Shown one piece after another: positions 26,739 through 38,013 of a stretch of DNA of 64,000 nt. The stretch covers positions 5,457 to 69,456 of the forward strand of contig CBFGMS010000014.1 of assembly GCA_965649985.1 (NCBI GenBank), written 5' to 3'. Within the stretch, counting starts at the first letter, position 1. The number at the start of each line of letters is the position of its first letter. Source of the DNA: an uncultured Gammaproteobacteria bacterium. Its GTDB lineage: Bacteria > Pseudomonadota > Gammaproteobacteria > Xanthomonadales > Xanthomonadaceae. The notes beneath the pieces were generated by a model, which had not been told where the DNA came from, ran no database searches, and saw only the letters and a list, made by a program, of their open reading frames with translations. Made by a program: the position numbers and the translations under genes.

Positions 26739-29700
26739 TCAGCCCAGGCGTGCGCGCTGCGTGCGCAGCGCGGCGAGCTTCGCGGTCCAGTCGGCCAGAC
26801 GCTGGCGTTCCTGCTCGACCACCGTCGCCGGCACGGCACCGCCGAACTTCGCCAGCTTGGCTTCGCTCTTGTCCTTCTCGGTCGAGACCTTCGCGAGTTC
26901 CTTGTCCAGGCGTGCGCGCTCGGCGTCCAGATCCACCAGGCCTTCCAGCGGCACGAACAGCTGCAGCTCGCCGACCACGGCCGGCGCGGCCGGCGGCGGT
27001 TCCTCGCCCTGGGCCAAGGTGGCGATCGATTCCAGCCGCAGCAGGAACGTCAGCTGCGAGGCGAACTTCGCCACCCGCGCGGCATCGTCCGGAGCGCCAC
27101 CGCGCACCAGCAGCGCGATCTGCCTGGCCGGGGAGATGCCCAGCGTGCTGCGGATGCTGCGCACGGCCGAGACAACGGCCTTGAACCATTCGATGTCGGC
27201 CTCGGCCGCGGCATAGCCCTCGGCGGCGAAGTCGGCCGGCTGCGGGTAGCGCTGCAGGGAGACGGTCGTGCCGGCGATACCGAGCTTCGGTGCGACCTGC
27301 CGCCACAGCTCCTCGGTAACGAACGGGATCAGCGGGTGCAGCAGACGCAGCAGCGATTCGAGCACGTACAGCAGGGTGTGGCGGGTGCTGTCGGCGGCCG
27401 TCTTGTCGTCGCCGTTGAGCGCGGGCTTCGCCAGCTCCACGAACCAGTCGCAGAACGTGTTCCAGGCGAATTCGTACAGCGCCTGCGACAGCAGGTCGAA
27501 GCGGTACGTGGCGAAATGCTCGGCGGCCTCGGCCGAGACCTTGGCCAGGCGCGAGAGGATCCAGCGCTCGGCGTCGGTGACGGGGGTGGGAACGCTCGCA
27601 GGAGCGGCTTCAGCCGCGAATCCCGGTTCCGATGCGGTGTTCGGGGCTGAAGCCCCTCCTATGGAGGAGAGCGAGAAGCCCTCGGTGTTCATCAGCGCGA
27701 AGCGCGTGGCGTTCCACAGCTTGTTGCAGAAGTTCTTGTAGCCCTCGCAGCGTGCCATGTCGAACTTGATGTCGCGCCCCGGGCCGGCGAGCGCGGCCAT
27801 GGTGAAGCGCAGCGCGTCTGCGCCGTGCGCGGCGATGCCGCCGGCGAACTCCTTGCGGGTCTCCTTCTCGATGCGCGGCGCGTCCTGCGGCTTCATCAGG
27901 CCGGTGGTGCGCTTGGCGACCAGCGCGTCCTCGGTGATGCCGTCGATGATGTCCAGCGGGTCGAGGATGTTGCCCTTCGACTTGGACATCTTGTGCCCGT
28001 TCTTGTCGCGCACCAGGCCGGTGATGTAGACGTCGCGGAACGGCACGCGATCGGCGTCGGACGTGTCCTTCGGCATGAAGTGGTCGGTCATCATGATCAT
28101 CCGGGCCACCCAGAAGAAGATGATGTCGAAGCCCGTGACCAGCGCGCTGCTCGGCACGAATTCATCGAAGCCACGCGCGCGCATCGCTTCGGCGTCCGGC
28201 CAGCCCATGGTGCTGATCGGCCACAGGGCGGAGGAGAACCAGGTTTCGAGCACGTCGCTGTCCTGGCGCAGCGGGATGTCGCCCACCTTCGCACGCACGT
28301 CGGCTTCGCTGCGGCCGACGTGCAGGTTGCCCGCCTCGTCGTACCACGCCGGAATGCGATGGCCCCACCACAGCTGGCGGCTGATGCACCAGTCCTGGAT
28401 GTTTTCGAGCCAGTGGCGGTAGGTGTTGATCCAGTTCGGCGGCACGAATTTCACGCTGCCGTTCTCCACCAGCTCCAGACCGCGACGGGCGAAGCCATCC
28501 ATGCTCACGAACCACTGGTCGGTGAGCATCGGCTCGATCACGGTGCCGGAGCGGTCGCCGAAGGGCTGCATGATCGGCTTGGCGTCGATCACCGGGTTGC
28601 CGTCGGCATCGGTCACGGCAAGACCTTCGGCGGTGATGGCATCGATCACCCGCTTGCGGGCCTCGTAGCGGTCCAGTCCGCGCAGCTCTTCCGGCACCAG
28701 ATTCACCGCGGAGACGTCGCCCACGTCCTCGCCGGCGGCCGCACGCGCCGCGACCGCGGCGCTGTCGGCGTAGGACATGCCGTCGGTGCGCATGCGCGCG
28801 GCACCGTCCATCAGCGCATACAGCGGGATGCCGTTGCGCATCGCCACGCCATAGTCGTTGAAGTCGTGGGCGCCGGTGATCTTCACCGCGCCGGAACCGA
28901 AGTCCGGGTCGGGATAGTCGTCGACGATGATCGGGATGCGCCGGCGCAGCGCCTTCGGGCCCACCGGGATCTCGCACAGCGCGCCCACGATCGGCGCGTA
29001 GCGCGCATCGGAGGGATGCACCGCCACCGCGCCGTCGCCGAGCATGGTCTCCGGGCGCGTGGTGGCGATCGCGATGTAGTCGCGGGTCTCGCGCAGGGTC
29101 TCGTTGCCGTCGGCGTCGCGCTCCACGTATTCGTAGGTGCGGCCGTCGGCCAGCGGGTACTTGAAGTGCCACATGTGGCCCGGCACTTCGCGGTTCTCCA
29201 CCTCGAGGTCGGAGATCGCCGTGTTGAACACCGGGTCCCAGTTGACCAGCTTCTGGCCGCGGTAGATCAGCCCTTCCTCGTACAGGCGCACGAAGGCCTC
29301 GATCACCGCATCGCTGGCCATCGGGTCCATGGTGAACACGCTGCGCGACCAGTCGCCGGACGCGCCGAGGCGGCGCATCTGCCGTTCGATGGTGCCACCG
29401 GACTGGTGCTTCCACTCCCAGACCTTGTCGATGAACCCGTCGCGGCCCAGCGAGTCGCGGGTCTCGCCCTGGCCCGCGATCTGCAGATTGCGGGTGACCA
29501 CCATCTCGGTGGCGATGCCGGCGTGGTCGGTGCCCATCTGCCACAGCGTGCGGTGGCCGCGCATGCGGTGGTAGCGGATCAGCGCGTCCTGCAGGGTGTG
29601 TTGGAACGCATGACCCATGTGCAGGGTGCCGGTGACGTTCGGCGGCGGCAGCAGGATGGTGTAGGCAGGGCCCTCGCCCTGCGGCGCGAACGCACCGCCC

Positions 29701-29768
29701 GCCTCCCATTCGGCATAGAGACGCGATTCGAAATCTTTGGGTTCGTAGCCGGAGGCGAGAGTGGTCAT
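26739..29768 (-). CDS. valS: Valyl-tRNA synthetase
   Basis: Frame of ORF 26739..30266, start [14 protein letters not shown] (ATG 29768). HIGH ([14 protein letters not shown]), KMSKS (HKMSKSKGN) and a C-terminal coiled coil. Confidence 0.95.
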   Translation of the reverse strand: MTTLASGYEPKDFESRLYAEWEAGGAFAPQGEGPAYTILLPPPNVTGTLHMGHAFQHTLQDALIRYHRMRGHRTLWQMGTDHAGIATEMVVTRNLQIAGQGETRDSLGRDGFIDKVWEWKHQSGGTIERQMRRLGASGDWSRSVFTMDPMASDAVIEAFVRLYEEGLIYRGQKLVNWDPVFNTAISDLEVENREVPGHMWHFKYPLADGRTYEYVERDADGNETLRETRDYIAIATTRPETMLGDGAVAVHPSDARYAPIVGALCEIPVGPKALRRRIPIIVDDYPDPDFGSGAVKITGAHDFNDYGVAMRNGIPLYALMDGAARMRTDGMSYADSAAVAARAAAGEDVGDVSAVNLVPEELRGLDRYEARKRVIDAITAEGLAVTDADGNPVIDAKPIMQPFGDRSGTVIEPMLTDQWFVSMDGFARRGLELVENGSVKFVPPNWINTYRHWLENIQDWCISRQLWWGHRIPAWYDEAGNLHVGRSEADVRAKVGDIPLRQDSDVLETWFSSALWPISTMGWPDAEAMRARGFDEFVPSSALVTGFDIIFFWVARMIMMTDHFMPKDTSDADRVPFRDVYITGLVRDKNGHKMSKSKGNILDPLDIIDGITEDALVAKRTTGLMKPQDAPRIEKETRKEFAGGIAAHGADALRFTMAALAGPGRDIKFDMARCEGYKNFCNKLWNATRFALMNTEGFSLSSIGGASAPNTASEPGFAAEAAPASVPTPVTDAERWILSRLAKVSAEAAEHFATYRFDLLSQALYEFAWNTFCDWFVELAKPALNGDDKTAADSTRHTLLYVLESLLRLLHPLIPFVTEELWRQVAPKLGIAGTTVSLQRYPQPADFAAEGYAAAEADIEWFKAVVSAVRSIRSTLGISPARQIALLVRGGAPDDAARVAKFASQLTFLLRLESIATLAQGEEPPPAAPAVVGELQLFVPLEGLVDLDAERARLDKELAKVSTEKDKSEAKLAKFGGAVPATVVEQERQRLADWTAKLAALRTQRARLG

Positions 29769-29800
29769 GGTGGGTCGAAGCTCTGGTTCGTTTTTTTGTC

Positions 29801-29881
29801 TGTCATCCCGAGCGCAGCGAGGGACCTGCTTCATCGCTTTTGAGGATGCAAAAGCAGGTCTCTCGCTGCGCTCGGGACGAC
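29801..29881. repeat. Palindromic REP/MITE-like element, copy A
   Basis: 30-nt arms GTCATCCCGAGCGCAGCGAGGGACCTGCTT (29802-29831) and AAGCAGGTCTCTCGCTGCGCTCGGGACGAC (29852-29881) are reverse complements, 28/30 by hand. Left arm is 27/30 identical to copy B. Lies in the holC-valS spacer. Confidence 0.85.
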
Positions 29882-29905
29882 ATGGGAAAGGTGGGTCGGC
29901 GGAGG

Positions 29906-30331
29906 TCACATATCGTGTTTGCTGAGCTGCAGCCCGCGCGCCTGGTACTGCTTCCAGCGTTCGCGCAGCGGGCCGCGGGCCGAGTCGTCGGCGGGCACCA
30001 CTTCCAGCACGCGCTCGAAACTGCCGGCCACCGGCGCGTCGCGCAGGTTGATCACCAGCGGGCGCAGGGCGATGTCGGTCTCCGGACCAGCGATCAGCAC
30101 GGGCGTGAGCGCGTCCTCCTCGTCGGTGCCGGCGATCTGGTGCGGGATGTAGGCGTCCTCGTCGAACGCCCACAGCAGCTCGTCGATCTCCTCGGCCTGC
30201 GCCGCGTCGCGCGCGAGGATCAAGGCCCACAGATTCGCCTCGTAGGCCTTGCGCGCCAGCTCGCACACCAGCAGCAGCGGCTGCTCGCGGAAGCGGGGTT
30301 TCTGGATCAGGTAGAAATCGGCACGGGCCAT
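29906..30331 (-). CDS. holC: DNA polymerase III chi subunit
   Basis: Tail of ORF 29906..30658 from [10 protein letters not shown] (ATG 30331). Chi-like N-terminus and length (141 aa), in the conserved pepA-holC-valS context. Confidence 0.85.
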   Translation of the reverse strand: MARADFYLIQKPRFREQPLLLVCELARKAYEANLWALILARDAAQAEEIDELLWAFDEDAYIPHQIAGTDEEDALTPVLIAGPETDIALRPLVINLRDAPVAGSFERVLEVVPADDSARGPLRERWKQYQARGLQLSKHDM

Positions 30332-30335
30332 GTCT

Positions 30336-30686
30336 TCACACTTCAGGAGAGCCGACCAGGACCGCCAGGAGCACGGCGCCGACGATGATGCCCGCGACGG
30401 CCAGCGCATAGGCACCGAAGATGGCACCGAGCAGGCCGAACAGCGGGCGCATGCGGCGGCCCGGAGCGCGGGAGCGCCACAGATGGATCGCAGTGGCCGG
30501 CACCGGAAAGTACGCCAGCCAGAGGTTGAACCAGCGCGAGCGCGGCAGGCCGCGTTCGCGGCGGTCGTACAGGACCCAGGCGAAGGGGAACAGCCCCGCC
30601 AGGAATCCCGTCCATGCCAGCGTGACGTGGGCGAGGACGCCACCGGTCGCCTCCGCATGCAGGGAGAACATCACGTTCACACCCAT
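30336..30686 (-). CDS. Small membrane protein, hypothetical
   Basis: Tail of ORF 30336..31472 from MGVNVMFSL (ATG 30686). A TTG at 30737 overlapping the pepA stop (TTGA) would add 17 aa. Three or four TM segments. The stop lies 4 nt before the holC start. Confidence 0.6.
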   Translation of the reverse strand: MGVNVMFSLHAEATGGVLAHVTLAWTGFLAGLFPFAWVLYDRRERGLPRSRWFNLWLAYFPVPATAIHLWRSRAPGRRMRPLFGLLGAIFGAYALAVAGIIVGAVLLAVLVGSPEV

Positions 30687-30733
30687 GCAGGCGTAGGCGA
30701 CTGCGGTGCCGATCAGCGCGCCCGTCTTCGGCT

Positions 30734-32233
30734 TCAAGCCGCCGTGCTCCGGTCCAGCAGCCACTGCGTCAGCAGCCCCACCGGACGGCCGGTGGCCATG
30801 CCCATCTTGCCGTCGCCGCTGGCGACACCGGCGATGTCCAGATGCGCCCAGCGCTGGCCTTCGGCGAAGCGCGAGAGGAAGCAGCCGGCGGTGATGGCGC
30901 CGGCGTTGCGGCCGCCGATGTTGTACACGTCGGCGAAGGCGGAGTTGAGCTGGGTCTGGTATTCGTCCCACAGCGGCAGGCGCCAGGCGCGGTCGAAGCT
31001 GGTTTCGCCGGCGGCCAGCAGCTCGTCGGCCAGATCGTCGTGCTTGCTCATCAGGCCGGTGGCGTACTTGCCGAGCGCGATGACGCAGGCGCCGGTCAGC
31101 GTGGCCACGTCCAGCAGCGCGGCGGGCTCGAAGCGCTGGGCGTAGGTCAGCGCATCGCACAGGATCAGGCGGCCCTCGGCGTCGGTGTTGCCCACCTCGA
31201 TGGTCTTGCCGGACATGCTGGTGAGCACGTCGCTGGGGCGGTAGGCGTCGGCATCGGGCATGTTCTCCACCGCCGGGACGATGGTGACGAGGTTCACCGG
31301 CAGGCCCATCTCCACCGCGGCGACGAAGGTGCCGATCACCGTGGCGGCGCCGCACATGTCGAACTTCATCTCCTCGATGCCGCCCTGGGTCTTGAGGTTG
31401 ATGCCGCCGGTGTCGAAGGTGATGCCCTTGCCCACCAGCACGTAGGGCCTGGCATCGCCACCATTGTTCCACTTCAGCACGATGAGCTTGGGCGCGTTGG
31501 CCGAGCCGCGGGCCACCGCCAGCAGCGAGCCCATGCCCAGGGCTTCCATCTGCGCGCGGTCGAGCACTTCGCAGTCGGCCTTGTCGTGCGCGGCGGCGAA
31601 TTCGAGGGCCTGGGCGGCGAGGAAGCCGGGATTGCAGACGTTGGGCGGCAGGTTGCCCAGCTCGCGGGCGTACTGGGTGCCGCTGGCGATGCCGATGCCC
31701 TGGTGCAGGGCGTCGGCGTCATCGCCGGCGATCTCCACGGTGGCCAGCTTGCTGGCGCCCTTGTCCTTGTTCTTCTCGCCGAGGGTGGCGGTGTAGCGGT
31801 ACAGCTGCTGCGCCGCGGTGGCGACGGCCTGGCGGATGGCCCAGGCGGCGTCGCGGCCCTGCACCGGCAGCTCGGAGAGGGTGAGGAAGGCGCTGGTGAC
31901 GGGGCCGGACTTCAGCGCGCGGATGGCGTCGCCCACCACCTTGATGTACTGCGGCGGGCCGAACTTGCCGGCTTCGCCCAGGCCCACCAGCAGCACGCGC
32001 GTGGCGGTCACGCCGGGCACGTCCAGCAGCAGCATGGTCTGGCCGATCTTGCCGCTGGCGTCGCCACGCTCGACGAGGCCGGTGATGCGCCCGCCGCTGG
32101 CGGCGTCGAGGGCCTGCGCCGCGGGGCTGAGGCTCTTGTCGGCGTAGACGCCGGCGACCACGCAGTCGGTGGCGGCGGACGCGGCGTCGGCGGAGGAGAG
32201 TCGGTAGTCGATGGACTGGAGCTGGATGGACAT
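30734..32233 (-). CDS. pepA: Leucyl aminopeptidase (M17)
   Basis: Tail of ORF 30734..33586 from [10 protein letters not shown] (ATG 32233). M17 motifs [11 protein letters not shown] and NTDAEGRL. Confidence 0.95.
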   Translation of the reverse strand: MSIQLQSIDYRLSSADAASAATDCVVAGVYADKSLSPAAQALDAASGGRITGLVERGDASGKIGQTMLLLDVPGVTATRVLLVGLGEAGKFGPPQYIKVVGDAIRALKSGPVTSAFLTLSELPVQGRDAAWAIRQAVATAAQQLYRYTATLGEKNKDKGASKLATVEIAGDDADALHQGIGIASGTQYARELGNLPPNVCNPGFLAAQALEFAAAHDKADCEVLDRAQMEALGMGSLLAVARGSANAPKLIVLKWNNGGDARPYVLVGKGITFDTGGINLKTQGGIEEMKFDMCGAATVIGTFVAAVEMGLPVNLVTIVPAVENMPDADAYRPSDVLTSMSGKTIEVGNTDAEGRLILCDALTYAQRFEPAALLDVATLTGACVIALGKYATGLMSKHDDLADELLAAGETSFDRAWRLPLWDEYQTQLNSAFADVYNIGGRNAGAITAGCFLSRFAEGQRWAHLDIAGVASGDGKMGMATGRPVGLLTQWLLDRSTAA

Positions 32234-32782
32234 GCGGACGGTCCCTGCATTGGTGATCGAAATGGAAAGCGCTTGGCCGCGGAAGGCGGCCGGACGACGC
32301 GGGATGTACGAATGGCGACGGGCGATGGCTGCAGCCGGCGCCGACGACGATGCCGCGGTCTCCGGAATGCCCGGCCATCGGCGCGAGCGCGGCGCCGGGT
32401 GGGCACGCCCTCGACCGCCGCGCAACATCGGCGAACAGGCCGGCAACACCCACCCATCTTCGGCCTTCTGGCGTGATGGAGGGCAGCAGAGGACGGCCCG
32501 GGAAGCAGCGTCGCCCGCCTGCCATTCCACGCGCGTCCGTCGACCCGGGCGGCATGTCCGGCGTTCGCTCGCGGGCGGGTGCGGACACGCGAGCCTGAAC
32601 CCGGATGCCCCCGTCCACCTGCCGCGCGCACGTGATCCGCGCGCAATCCGTACAATTCCCGCCCACCCGGCACAGCCGGCGGCGCGAAAGTCCTCAAGTG
32701 TAATCGAAGACGTCCGACGCCCGCCGCCAGACCCGGCCGCCCCGCCCGCCGATCCGCCCCCGCCCAGGACCCGTCCCTCTCG

Positions 32783-33868
32783 ATGCTCAGGCTCGACCGA
32801 TATCTCCTCCGCGAATTCGCGCAGAGCATCTTCGCGGTGATGGTCGTGCTGCTGATCGTGCTGCTGGGCGGCGCCTTCGCCGACGTATTGCAGGACGTGG
32901 CCCGCGGCAAGGTGCCCACCGAGCTGCTGCTGGCGCAGCTGGGGCTGGTGTTCGTGAAATGGCTGCCGCTGATGCTGCCGCTGGGCGTGATGCTGGGCCT
33001 GATGCTGGCCGTGGGCCGCCTGTACCGCGACGCCGAAATGCACGTGCTGGCCTCGATCGGCGTCGGCCCCGGCCGGCTGCTGCGGCCGCTGCTGCTGGTG
33101 GGCGGGCCGATCGTGATCGCGGTCGGGCTGTGCTCGCTGTGGCTGGCGCCGCTGGCCGACAGCATTTCGCAGCGGATGATCGACGCGGCCAGCCGCAACC
33201 TGCTGATCGCCGGGCTGGAGCCGGGGCGGTTCACCGAGCTGCCCGGCGGCGGCGGCGTCATCTATATCGGCGCCTGGTCCGGCGACAGCCGCGAGATGCG
33301 CCGGGTGTTCGTGTACCGCCAGGACGAGGCGCGGTTCCGGGTGACCACCGCCGAGGACGGGCTGCTGTCGGTGGCCGGCGAAAGCGAGCGCCACCTGCGC
33401 CTGAACGACGGGTTCGAAGTGGAGGGCCCGCTGCAGAGCGGCCGCGACTACCGCCTGCTGCGCTACGAGGCCAACGAGCTGCGCCTGCCCGAGCAGGCGG
33501 CGCGCCGCCGGTCCGACGACGTGGAGCTGCTCTCCACGCCCGCCCTGCTCGCCGATGCCCGCCCCGCGGCGAATGCCCAGCTGCATTTCCGCATCGCGCC
33601 GCCGCTGTTGACCCTCGCCTTCATCCTGCTGGCGGTGCCGCTGGCACGCAGCCAGCCGCGGCAGGCGCGCTACGGCAGCCTGGTGGTCGGCTTCCTGATG
33701 TACCTGCTGGCGATGTTCCTCACCCTGCTCGGCACCGAGTGGCTGGAGGACGGCAAGCTGCCGTCCATCGCCGGCCTCTGGTGGCTGCTGCTGCCGCTGC
33801 TGACCGTCGCCTTCGTGCTGTACGCCCGCGACGGGCGCATGCGCCGCCCGCGGCGCATGGCGGCATGA
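32783..33868 (+). CDS. lptF: LPS export ABC permease LptF
   Basis: ORF 32783..33868. YjgP/YjgQ family N-terminus LDRYLLREF, 6 TM plus a periplasmic insert. Divergent from pepA as in E. coli. Confidence 0.9.
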   Translation: MLRLDRYLLREFAQSIFAVMVVLLIVLLGGAFADVLQDVARGKVPTELLLAQLGLVFVKWLPLMLPLGVMLGLMLAVGRLYRDAEMHVLASIGVGPGRLLRPLLLVGGPIVIAVGLCSLWLAPLADSISQRMIDAASRNLLIAGLEPGRFTELPGGGGVIYIGAWSGDSREMRRVFVYRQDEARFRVTTAEDGLLSVAGESERHLRLNDGFEVEGPLQSGRDYRLLRYEANELRLPEQAARRRSDDVELLSTPALLADARPAANAQLHFRIAPPLLTLAFILLAVPLARSQPRQARYGSLVVGFLMYLLAMFLTLLGTEWLEDGKLPSIAGLWWLLLPLLTVAFVLYARDGRMRRPRRMAA

Positions 33869-33905
33869 CCCCGCCGCCCCCGACCGCCCGGACCCGAGCC
33901 TCGCG

Positions 33906-35018
33906 ATGAGACCCTTCCCCAGGATCCACGACCTCTACATCGGCCGCACCGTGTTCGGCGCGGTGCTGCTCACCTGGGCGGTGCTGGTCGGTCTGGACAC
34001 GATCATCGGCGGCCTGCTCAACGAGATGAGCGATGTGGGCCGCGGGCGCTACGACTTCATGGCCGCGGCCACCCATGTGGCGCTGAGCGTGCCGCGCCGC
34101 GCGTACATGATGTTCCCCACCGCCGCGGTGATCGGCGCCCTGCTCGGCCTCGGCCAGCTGGCGGCCAGTTCCGAGCTGACCGTGCTGCGCGCGGTGGGCC
34201 TGTCGCGGCGGCGCATCAGCCTGTCGGTGGTGATCAGCCTGTCGCTGCTGACCGCGCTGATGGTGGTCAACGGCGAGACCCTCGGCCCGTGGGCGCAGCG
34301 GCGCGCGGATGCGCTCAAGGCCGCGGCCAAGTCGGACGACATGATCGTGGCGCAGTACTCCGGCCTGTGGGCGCGCGAAGGCAACATCTTCCTCAACGCC
34401 CAGACCGGCGAGGAACGCACCGAGGGCGGCCGCAGCTGGATCGCGCTGCAGGATGTGCGCCTGTTCGAACTGGGCGAGGACGGCCGCCTGCTGTCGATGA
34501 CACGCGCGGCCAGTGCCGAGCACGCGGAAGGCAGCTGGCTGCTGCGCGAGGTCGAGCGCACGCGCTTCGGCGACAAGTCGGTGGAGACCACCAAGGCCGC
34601 CGAGGATCGCTGGGAATCGCAGCTCGACGCCGCCGCGCTCGCGGCCAACACCCGCAACCTCTGGCGCCCGCGCTACATGACCGCGCGCGAGCTGCGCAGC
34701 GGCATCGACTACCGCACCCGCAACGGCCTGGATGCCAGCGAGTTCGAGGAGCACTACTGGGGCCGCTGGTTCTATCCGCTGAACGTGCTCGCGCTGTGCC
34801 TGCTGGCGGTGCCGTTCGCCTTCGGTTCGCTGCGCAGCGGCGGCCTGGGCAAGCGGCTGTTCCTCGGCATCGTGTTCTCGCTCGGTTTCTGGCTGGTGCA
34901 GACCCAGGTGGTGCGCCTGGCCGGCGTGTTCCGGTTCGATTACCGGCTGGCCTACACCATCCCCGCGGTGATCGTGGTGCTGCTGTCGGTGTGGCTGTTC
35001 AAGCGACGCTCGGGTTGA
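33906..35018 (+). CDS. lptG: LPS export ABC permease LptG
   Basis: ORF 33906..35018. YjgP/YjgQ family, immediately downstream of lptF. Confidence 0.9.
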   Translation: MRPFPRIHDLYIGRTVFGAVLLTWAVLVGLDTIIGGLLNEMSDVGRGRYDFMAAATHVALSVPRRAYMMFPTAAVIGALLGLGQLAASSELTVLRAVGLSRRRISLSVVISLSLLTALMVVNGETLGPWAQRRADALKAAAKSDDMIVAQYSGLWAREGNIFLNAQTGEERTEGGRSWIALQDVRLFELGEDGRLLSMTRAASAEHAEGSWLLREVERTRFGDKSVETTKAAEDRWESQLDAAALAANTRNLWRPRYMTARELRSGIDYRTRNGLDASEFEEHYWGRWFYPLNVLALCLLAVPFAFGSLRSGGLGKRLFLGIVFSLGFWLVQTQVVRLAGVFRFDYRLAYTIPAVIVVLLSVWLFKRRSG

Positions 35019-35022
35019 GCCG

Positions 35023-36156
35023 GTGACCGGCGTCGAAGGACTGCTGTGCTGGTGCCGGGCAGGCTTCGAGCCCGAACTGGCCGCCGAACTCACCGAACGC
35101 GCCGCCGCGGCCGGTCTCGCCGGCTATGCGCGCACCGAGCGCGACAGCGGCGTGGTGCTGTTCCTGTGCGAAGACAGCGGCGACGCCTCGCGCGCCCTGC
35201 CCTTCGCCTCGCTGATCTTCGCAAGACAGAAGCTGCGGCTGATCGCCGAGCTGCGCGGGCTGGATCCCAAGGACCGGATCGGGCCGATGCTGGAGGCGCT
35301 GGACGCGCAGGCGGGTGGAGTCGCCGTCGACACCGGTACGATCGGCACCGACGCGGCCAGCAGAAGCAAGACGGCGGGCCGGGGCCCGCCCTACGGCACC
35401 CTGCTGGTGGAACACCCCGACAGCGACGCCGGCAAACCGCTGGCCGGGCTGGCGCGCAGTTTCGGCAATGCCCTGCGTCCCGCACTGCGCAAGGGCGGCT
35501 GGCTGAGCGCGCAGGACGACGCACGCCGGCCACGGCTGCACGTGTGCTTTCTCTCCGGCGATCACGCCGTGCTCGCGGTGGCCGACCCGCGCGACGCCGC
35601 GCCCTGGCCGCTCGGCATCCCACGGCTGAAGATGCACCCCGACGCACCCTCGCGTTCGGCACTCAAGCTGGAAGAAGCGCTGCTGACCCTGCTGGACGCC
35701 GACGAACGCGAGCGCCTGCTGCGGCCCGGCATGCGCGCCGCCGACCTGGGCGCCGCACCCGGCGGCTGGACCTGGGTGCTCACCCGCCACGGCCTGCGCG
35801 TGAGCGCGGTCGACAACGGCCCGCTGCGCGCGCATCTGTTCGACACCGGCCTGGTGGAACACCTGCGCGCCGACGGTTTCCGCTGGCATCCCGCCGCGCC
35901 GCTGGACTGGATGGTCTGCGACATGGTCGAACAGCCTTCGCGCGTGGCCGCACGCATGGCCGAGTGGTTCCGCGAGGGCTGGTGCCGCCACGCGGTGTTC
36001 AACCTCAAGCTGCCGATGAAGAAGCGCTGGCAGGAAACCCGCCTGTGCCTCGACCGCTTCGCCACCGAAGCCGGCCGGCCGTTGACGGTGCGGGCGCGGC
36101 AGCTGTATCACGACCGGGAAGAGATCACCGTCTTCGCCACGTCCGGACGCACATGA
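35023..36156 (+). CDS. rlmM: 23S rRNA (cytidine2498-2'-O)-methyltransferase RlmM
   Basis: ORF 35023..36156 (GTG start). THUMP-like N-terminus (LLCWCRAGFEPELAAEL), SAM motif DLGAAPGGWT, and C-terminus QLYHDREEITV typical of RlmM. Confidence 0.85.
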   Translation: MTGVEGLLCWCRAGFEPELAAELTERAAAAGLAGYARTERDSGVVLFLCEDSGDASRALPFASLIFARQKLRLIAELRGLDPKDRIGPMLEALDAQAGGVAVDTGTIGTDAASRSKTAGRGPPYGTLLVEHPDSDAGKPLAGLARSFGNALRPALRKGGWLSAQDDARRPRLHVCFLSGDHAVLAVADPRDAAPWPLGIPRLKMHPDAPSRSALKLEEALLTLLDADERERLLRPGMRAADLGAAPGGWTWVLTRHGLRVSAVDNGPLRAHLFDTGLVEHLRADGFRWHPAAPLDWMVCDMVEQPSRVAARMAEWFREGWCRHAVFNLKLPMKKRWQETRLCLDRFATEAGRPLTVRARQLYHDREEITVFATSGRT

Positions 36157-37004
36157 GCCCATCGAACAGCGCGCCACCGCCTTCCGCCCTGCCCAACACC
36201 GCCCCCGACGCGCACCCGGCCATCGCGCCGGACGTGCACGCGGAGATCATGCACCGCCTCGCCCGCGCCGAGGCCGAGCACGGCGTGCGCATCCTGCTGG
36301 CCGTCGAATCGGGCAGCCGCGCCTGGGGCTTCGCCTCGCCCAATTCCGACTACGACGTGCGCTTCATCTACGCGCATCCGCCGCGCTGGTACCAGGCGGT
36401 CGACCTGGAAGAACGCCGCGATGTCATCGAGTACGGCATCACCGACGACATCGACCTCAACGGCTGGGACCTGCGCAAGGCGCTGCGCCTGTTCTGGAAG
36501 TCGAACCCGGCCTTCGTGGAATGGATCCAGTCGCCGATCCGCTACATCGAACGCGGCGGTTTCGCCGAAGGCGCGCGTGCGCTGCTGCCTGCCGCCTACT
36601 CGGTGGAGAGCGGCATGTACCACTACCGCAGCATGGCCAAGAACACGGAGCGCGCGTACCTGCGCGGCGACCAGGTCTCGCTGAAGAAGTATTTCTACGC
36701 CCTGCGCCCGGTGCTGTCGGTGCGCTGGCTGGAGCGCTACGGCCACGCCGCGCCGATCGAGTTCGAGCGCCTGCTGCATCTCATCGACGACCGTCCGGAC
36801 CTGCTCGGCGACATCCACGATCTGCTCGCACGCAAGCGCGAGGCGCCGGAAACCTGGGTGGGCGATGCGATGCCCACGATCGGCCGATTCGTCGTCGAGG
36901 AGCTGGAGCGACTGGAGACCATGCGACCGCAGGTGGAACGTCACGCTTCCGCCCTGCCGGGATTGAATGCGCTGTTCCATCAGGTACTCGACGAAACACC
37001 CTGA
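36153..37004 (+). CDS. Nucleotidyltransferase domain protein (pol-beta superfamily, RlaP/PF10127-like)
   Basis: Tail of ORF 35046..37004 from MSPSNSAPP (ATG 36153), which overlaps the rlmM TGA (ATGA). NTase motif GSRAWGFASPNSDYDVRF. Confidence 0.75.
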   Translation: MSPSNSAPPPSALPNTAPDAHPAIAPDVHAEIMHRLARAEAEHGVRILLAVESGSRAWGFASPNSDYDVRFIYAHPPRWYQAVDLEERRDVIEYGITDDIDLNGWDLRKALRLFWKSNPAFVEWIQSPIRYIERGGFAEGARALLPAAYSVESGMYHYRSMAKNTERAYLRGDQVSLKKYFYALRPVLSVRWLERYGHAAPIEFERLLHLIDDRPDLLGDIHDLLARKREAPETWVGDAMPTIGRFVVEELERLETMRPQVERHASALPGLNALFHQVLDETP

Positions 37005-37197
37005 TCTGTGGTGTATCCGGATCGATGGGTGGTCCGGCACATGGCGGATGGATGGCGACGCAGGTCAATCGCCTGCAGCTCGGGACGACAGGCTGCGGGA
37101 GGCGGCACGTGATCGGCATCCCGGCGCGGCGCGACCGCGCACCGACATCCGCGGCGACGGCTTCCGCCGCGTCACCGCCATCTGTTAAGTTGCCCGC

Positions 37198-37590
37198 ATG
37201 TCCGTCGGCATCCTTCTCCTCACCCATCCCGGCACCGGACGCGGCCTGATCGATGTCGCGACCCGCCTGCTGCGTCAGCTGCCGCTGAAGGCGGAAGCCT
37301 TCGAGCTCGCGTTCGACGCCGATCTCGATACCATGCTCCCGCTGGCCAGCGCCGCGATGCGCAAGGTCGACGGTGGCCAGGGCGTGCTGATCCTCACCGA
37401 TCTGTATGGCGCCTCGCCCAGCAACCTGGCGCAGCGCCTGACCCGCCTGGGTACGCCTGCGCGGCGCGTGGCCGGACTCAACCTGCCCATGCTGCTGCGG
37501 GTGATGAACTATGCCGAGCTGCCGCTGGCCGAGCTGCCCGCGGTCGCCGCGGCCGGCGCCAAGAACGGGGCCATCGTCGATGACCCCTGA
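37198..37590 (+). CDS. PTS EIIA component, mannose/fructose (type 4) family
   Basis: ORF 37198..37590. GILLLTHPG contains the phospho-His region. LTDLYGASP motif. Confidence 0.85.
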   Translation: MSVGILLLTHPGTGRGLIDVATRLLRQLPLKAEAFELAFDADLDTMLPLASAAMRKVDGGQGVLILTDLYGASPSNLAQRLTRLGTPARRVAGLNLPMLLRVMNYAELPLAELPAVAAAGAKNGAIVDDP

Positions 37591-37728
37591 TTCGAACCGC
37601 CCGGCCGGCAGCACCCGCGGCCGCGCCGCGTCGGCGCCGGCGTTCACCTCCTGCGTCACCGCCCCGTGCGTCCTCGCCCCCTGCCCCCGCCGCGCGCCGC
37701 TGCACGCCACCGCCGGAAGCCGCCACCG

Positions 37729-37998
37729 ATGATCGAACGCGAACTCACCGTCACCAACCGCCTCGGCCTGCACGCCCGCGCCACCGCCAAGCTGGTGCAG
37801 ACCGTCGCGCCGTTCAAATCCACCATTACCCTCATGGCCAAGGGCCGCGAGGTGAACGCCAAGAGCATCATGGGCGTGATGCTGCTGGCCGCGGGCCAGG
37901 GCAGCCAGGTGGTGGTGCGCGCCGACGGCGAGGATGCCGAGGCGGCCATCACCGCCGTGGCCGCATTGTTCGAGCGGCGTTTCGACGAGGACGCGTGA
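37729..37998 (+). CDS. HPr-family phosphocarrier protein (HPr/NPr)
   Basis: Frame of ORF 37666..37998, start MIERELTV (ATG 37729). His-15 motif NRLGLHARA and Ser-46 region KSIMGVM. Confidence 0.9.
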   Translation: MIERELTVTNRLGLHARATAKLVQTVAPFKSTITLMAKGREVNAKSIMGVMLLAAGQGSQVVVRADGEDAEAAITAVAALFERRFDEDA

Positions 37999-38013
37999 TG
38001 ACGGGCGAGGCGC

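Noticed and set aside
29769-30266. An N-terminal extension of valS (1175-aa ORF) translating the palindromic element as ...[28 protein letters not shown]...
   Set aside because: The extension overlaps holC in another frame and reads through a repeat element. ValRS homology begins at [14 protein letters not shown] (29768).
32234-32782. An unusually long (549 bp) divergent pepA/lptF intergenic region that might hide a small gene or RNA
   Set aside because: All ORFs there are shadow-like and Arg/Pro-rich. I saw no repeats, hairpins with U-tracts or conserved RNA motifs. It cannot be resolved without expression data.
32234-33586. The N-terminal 450-aa extension of the pepA ORF (950 aa in the track)
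   Set aside because: The extension is antisense to lptF and crosses the 549-bp intergenic region. M17 homology starts at [10 protein letters not shown] (32233).
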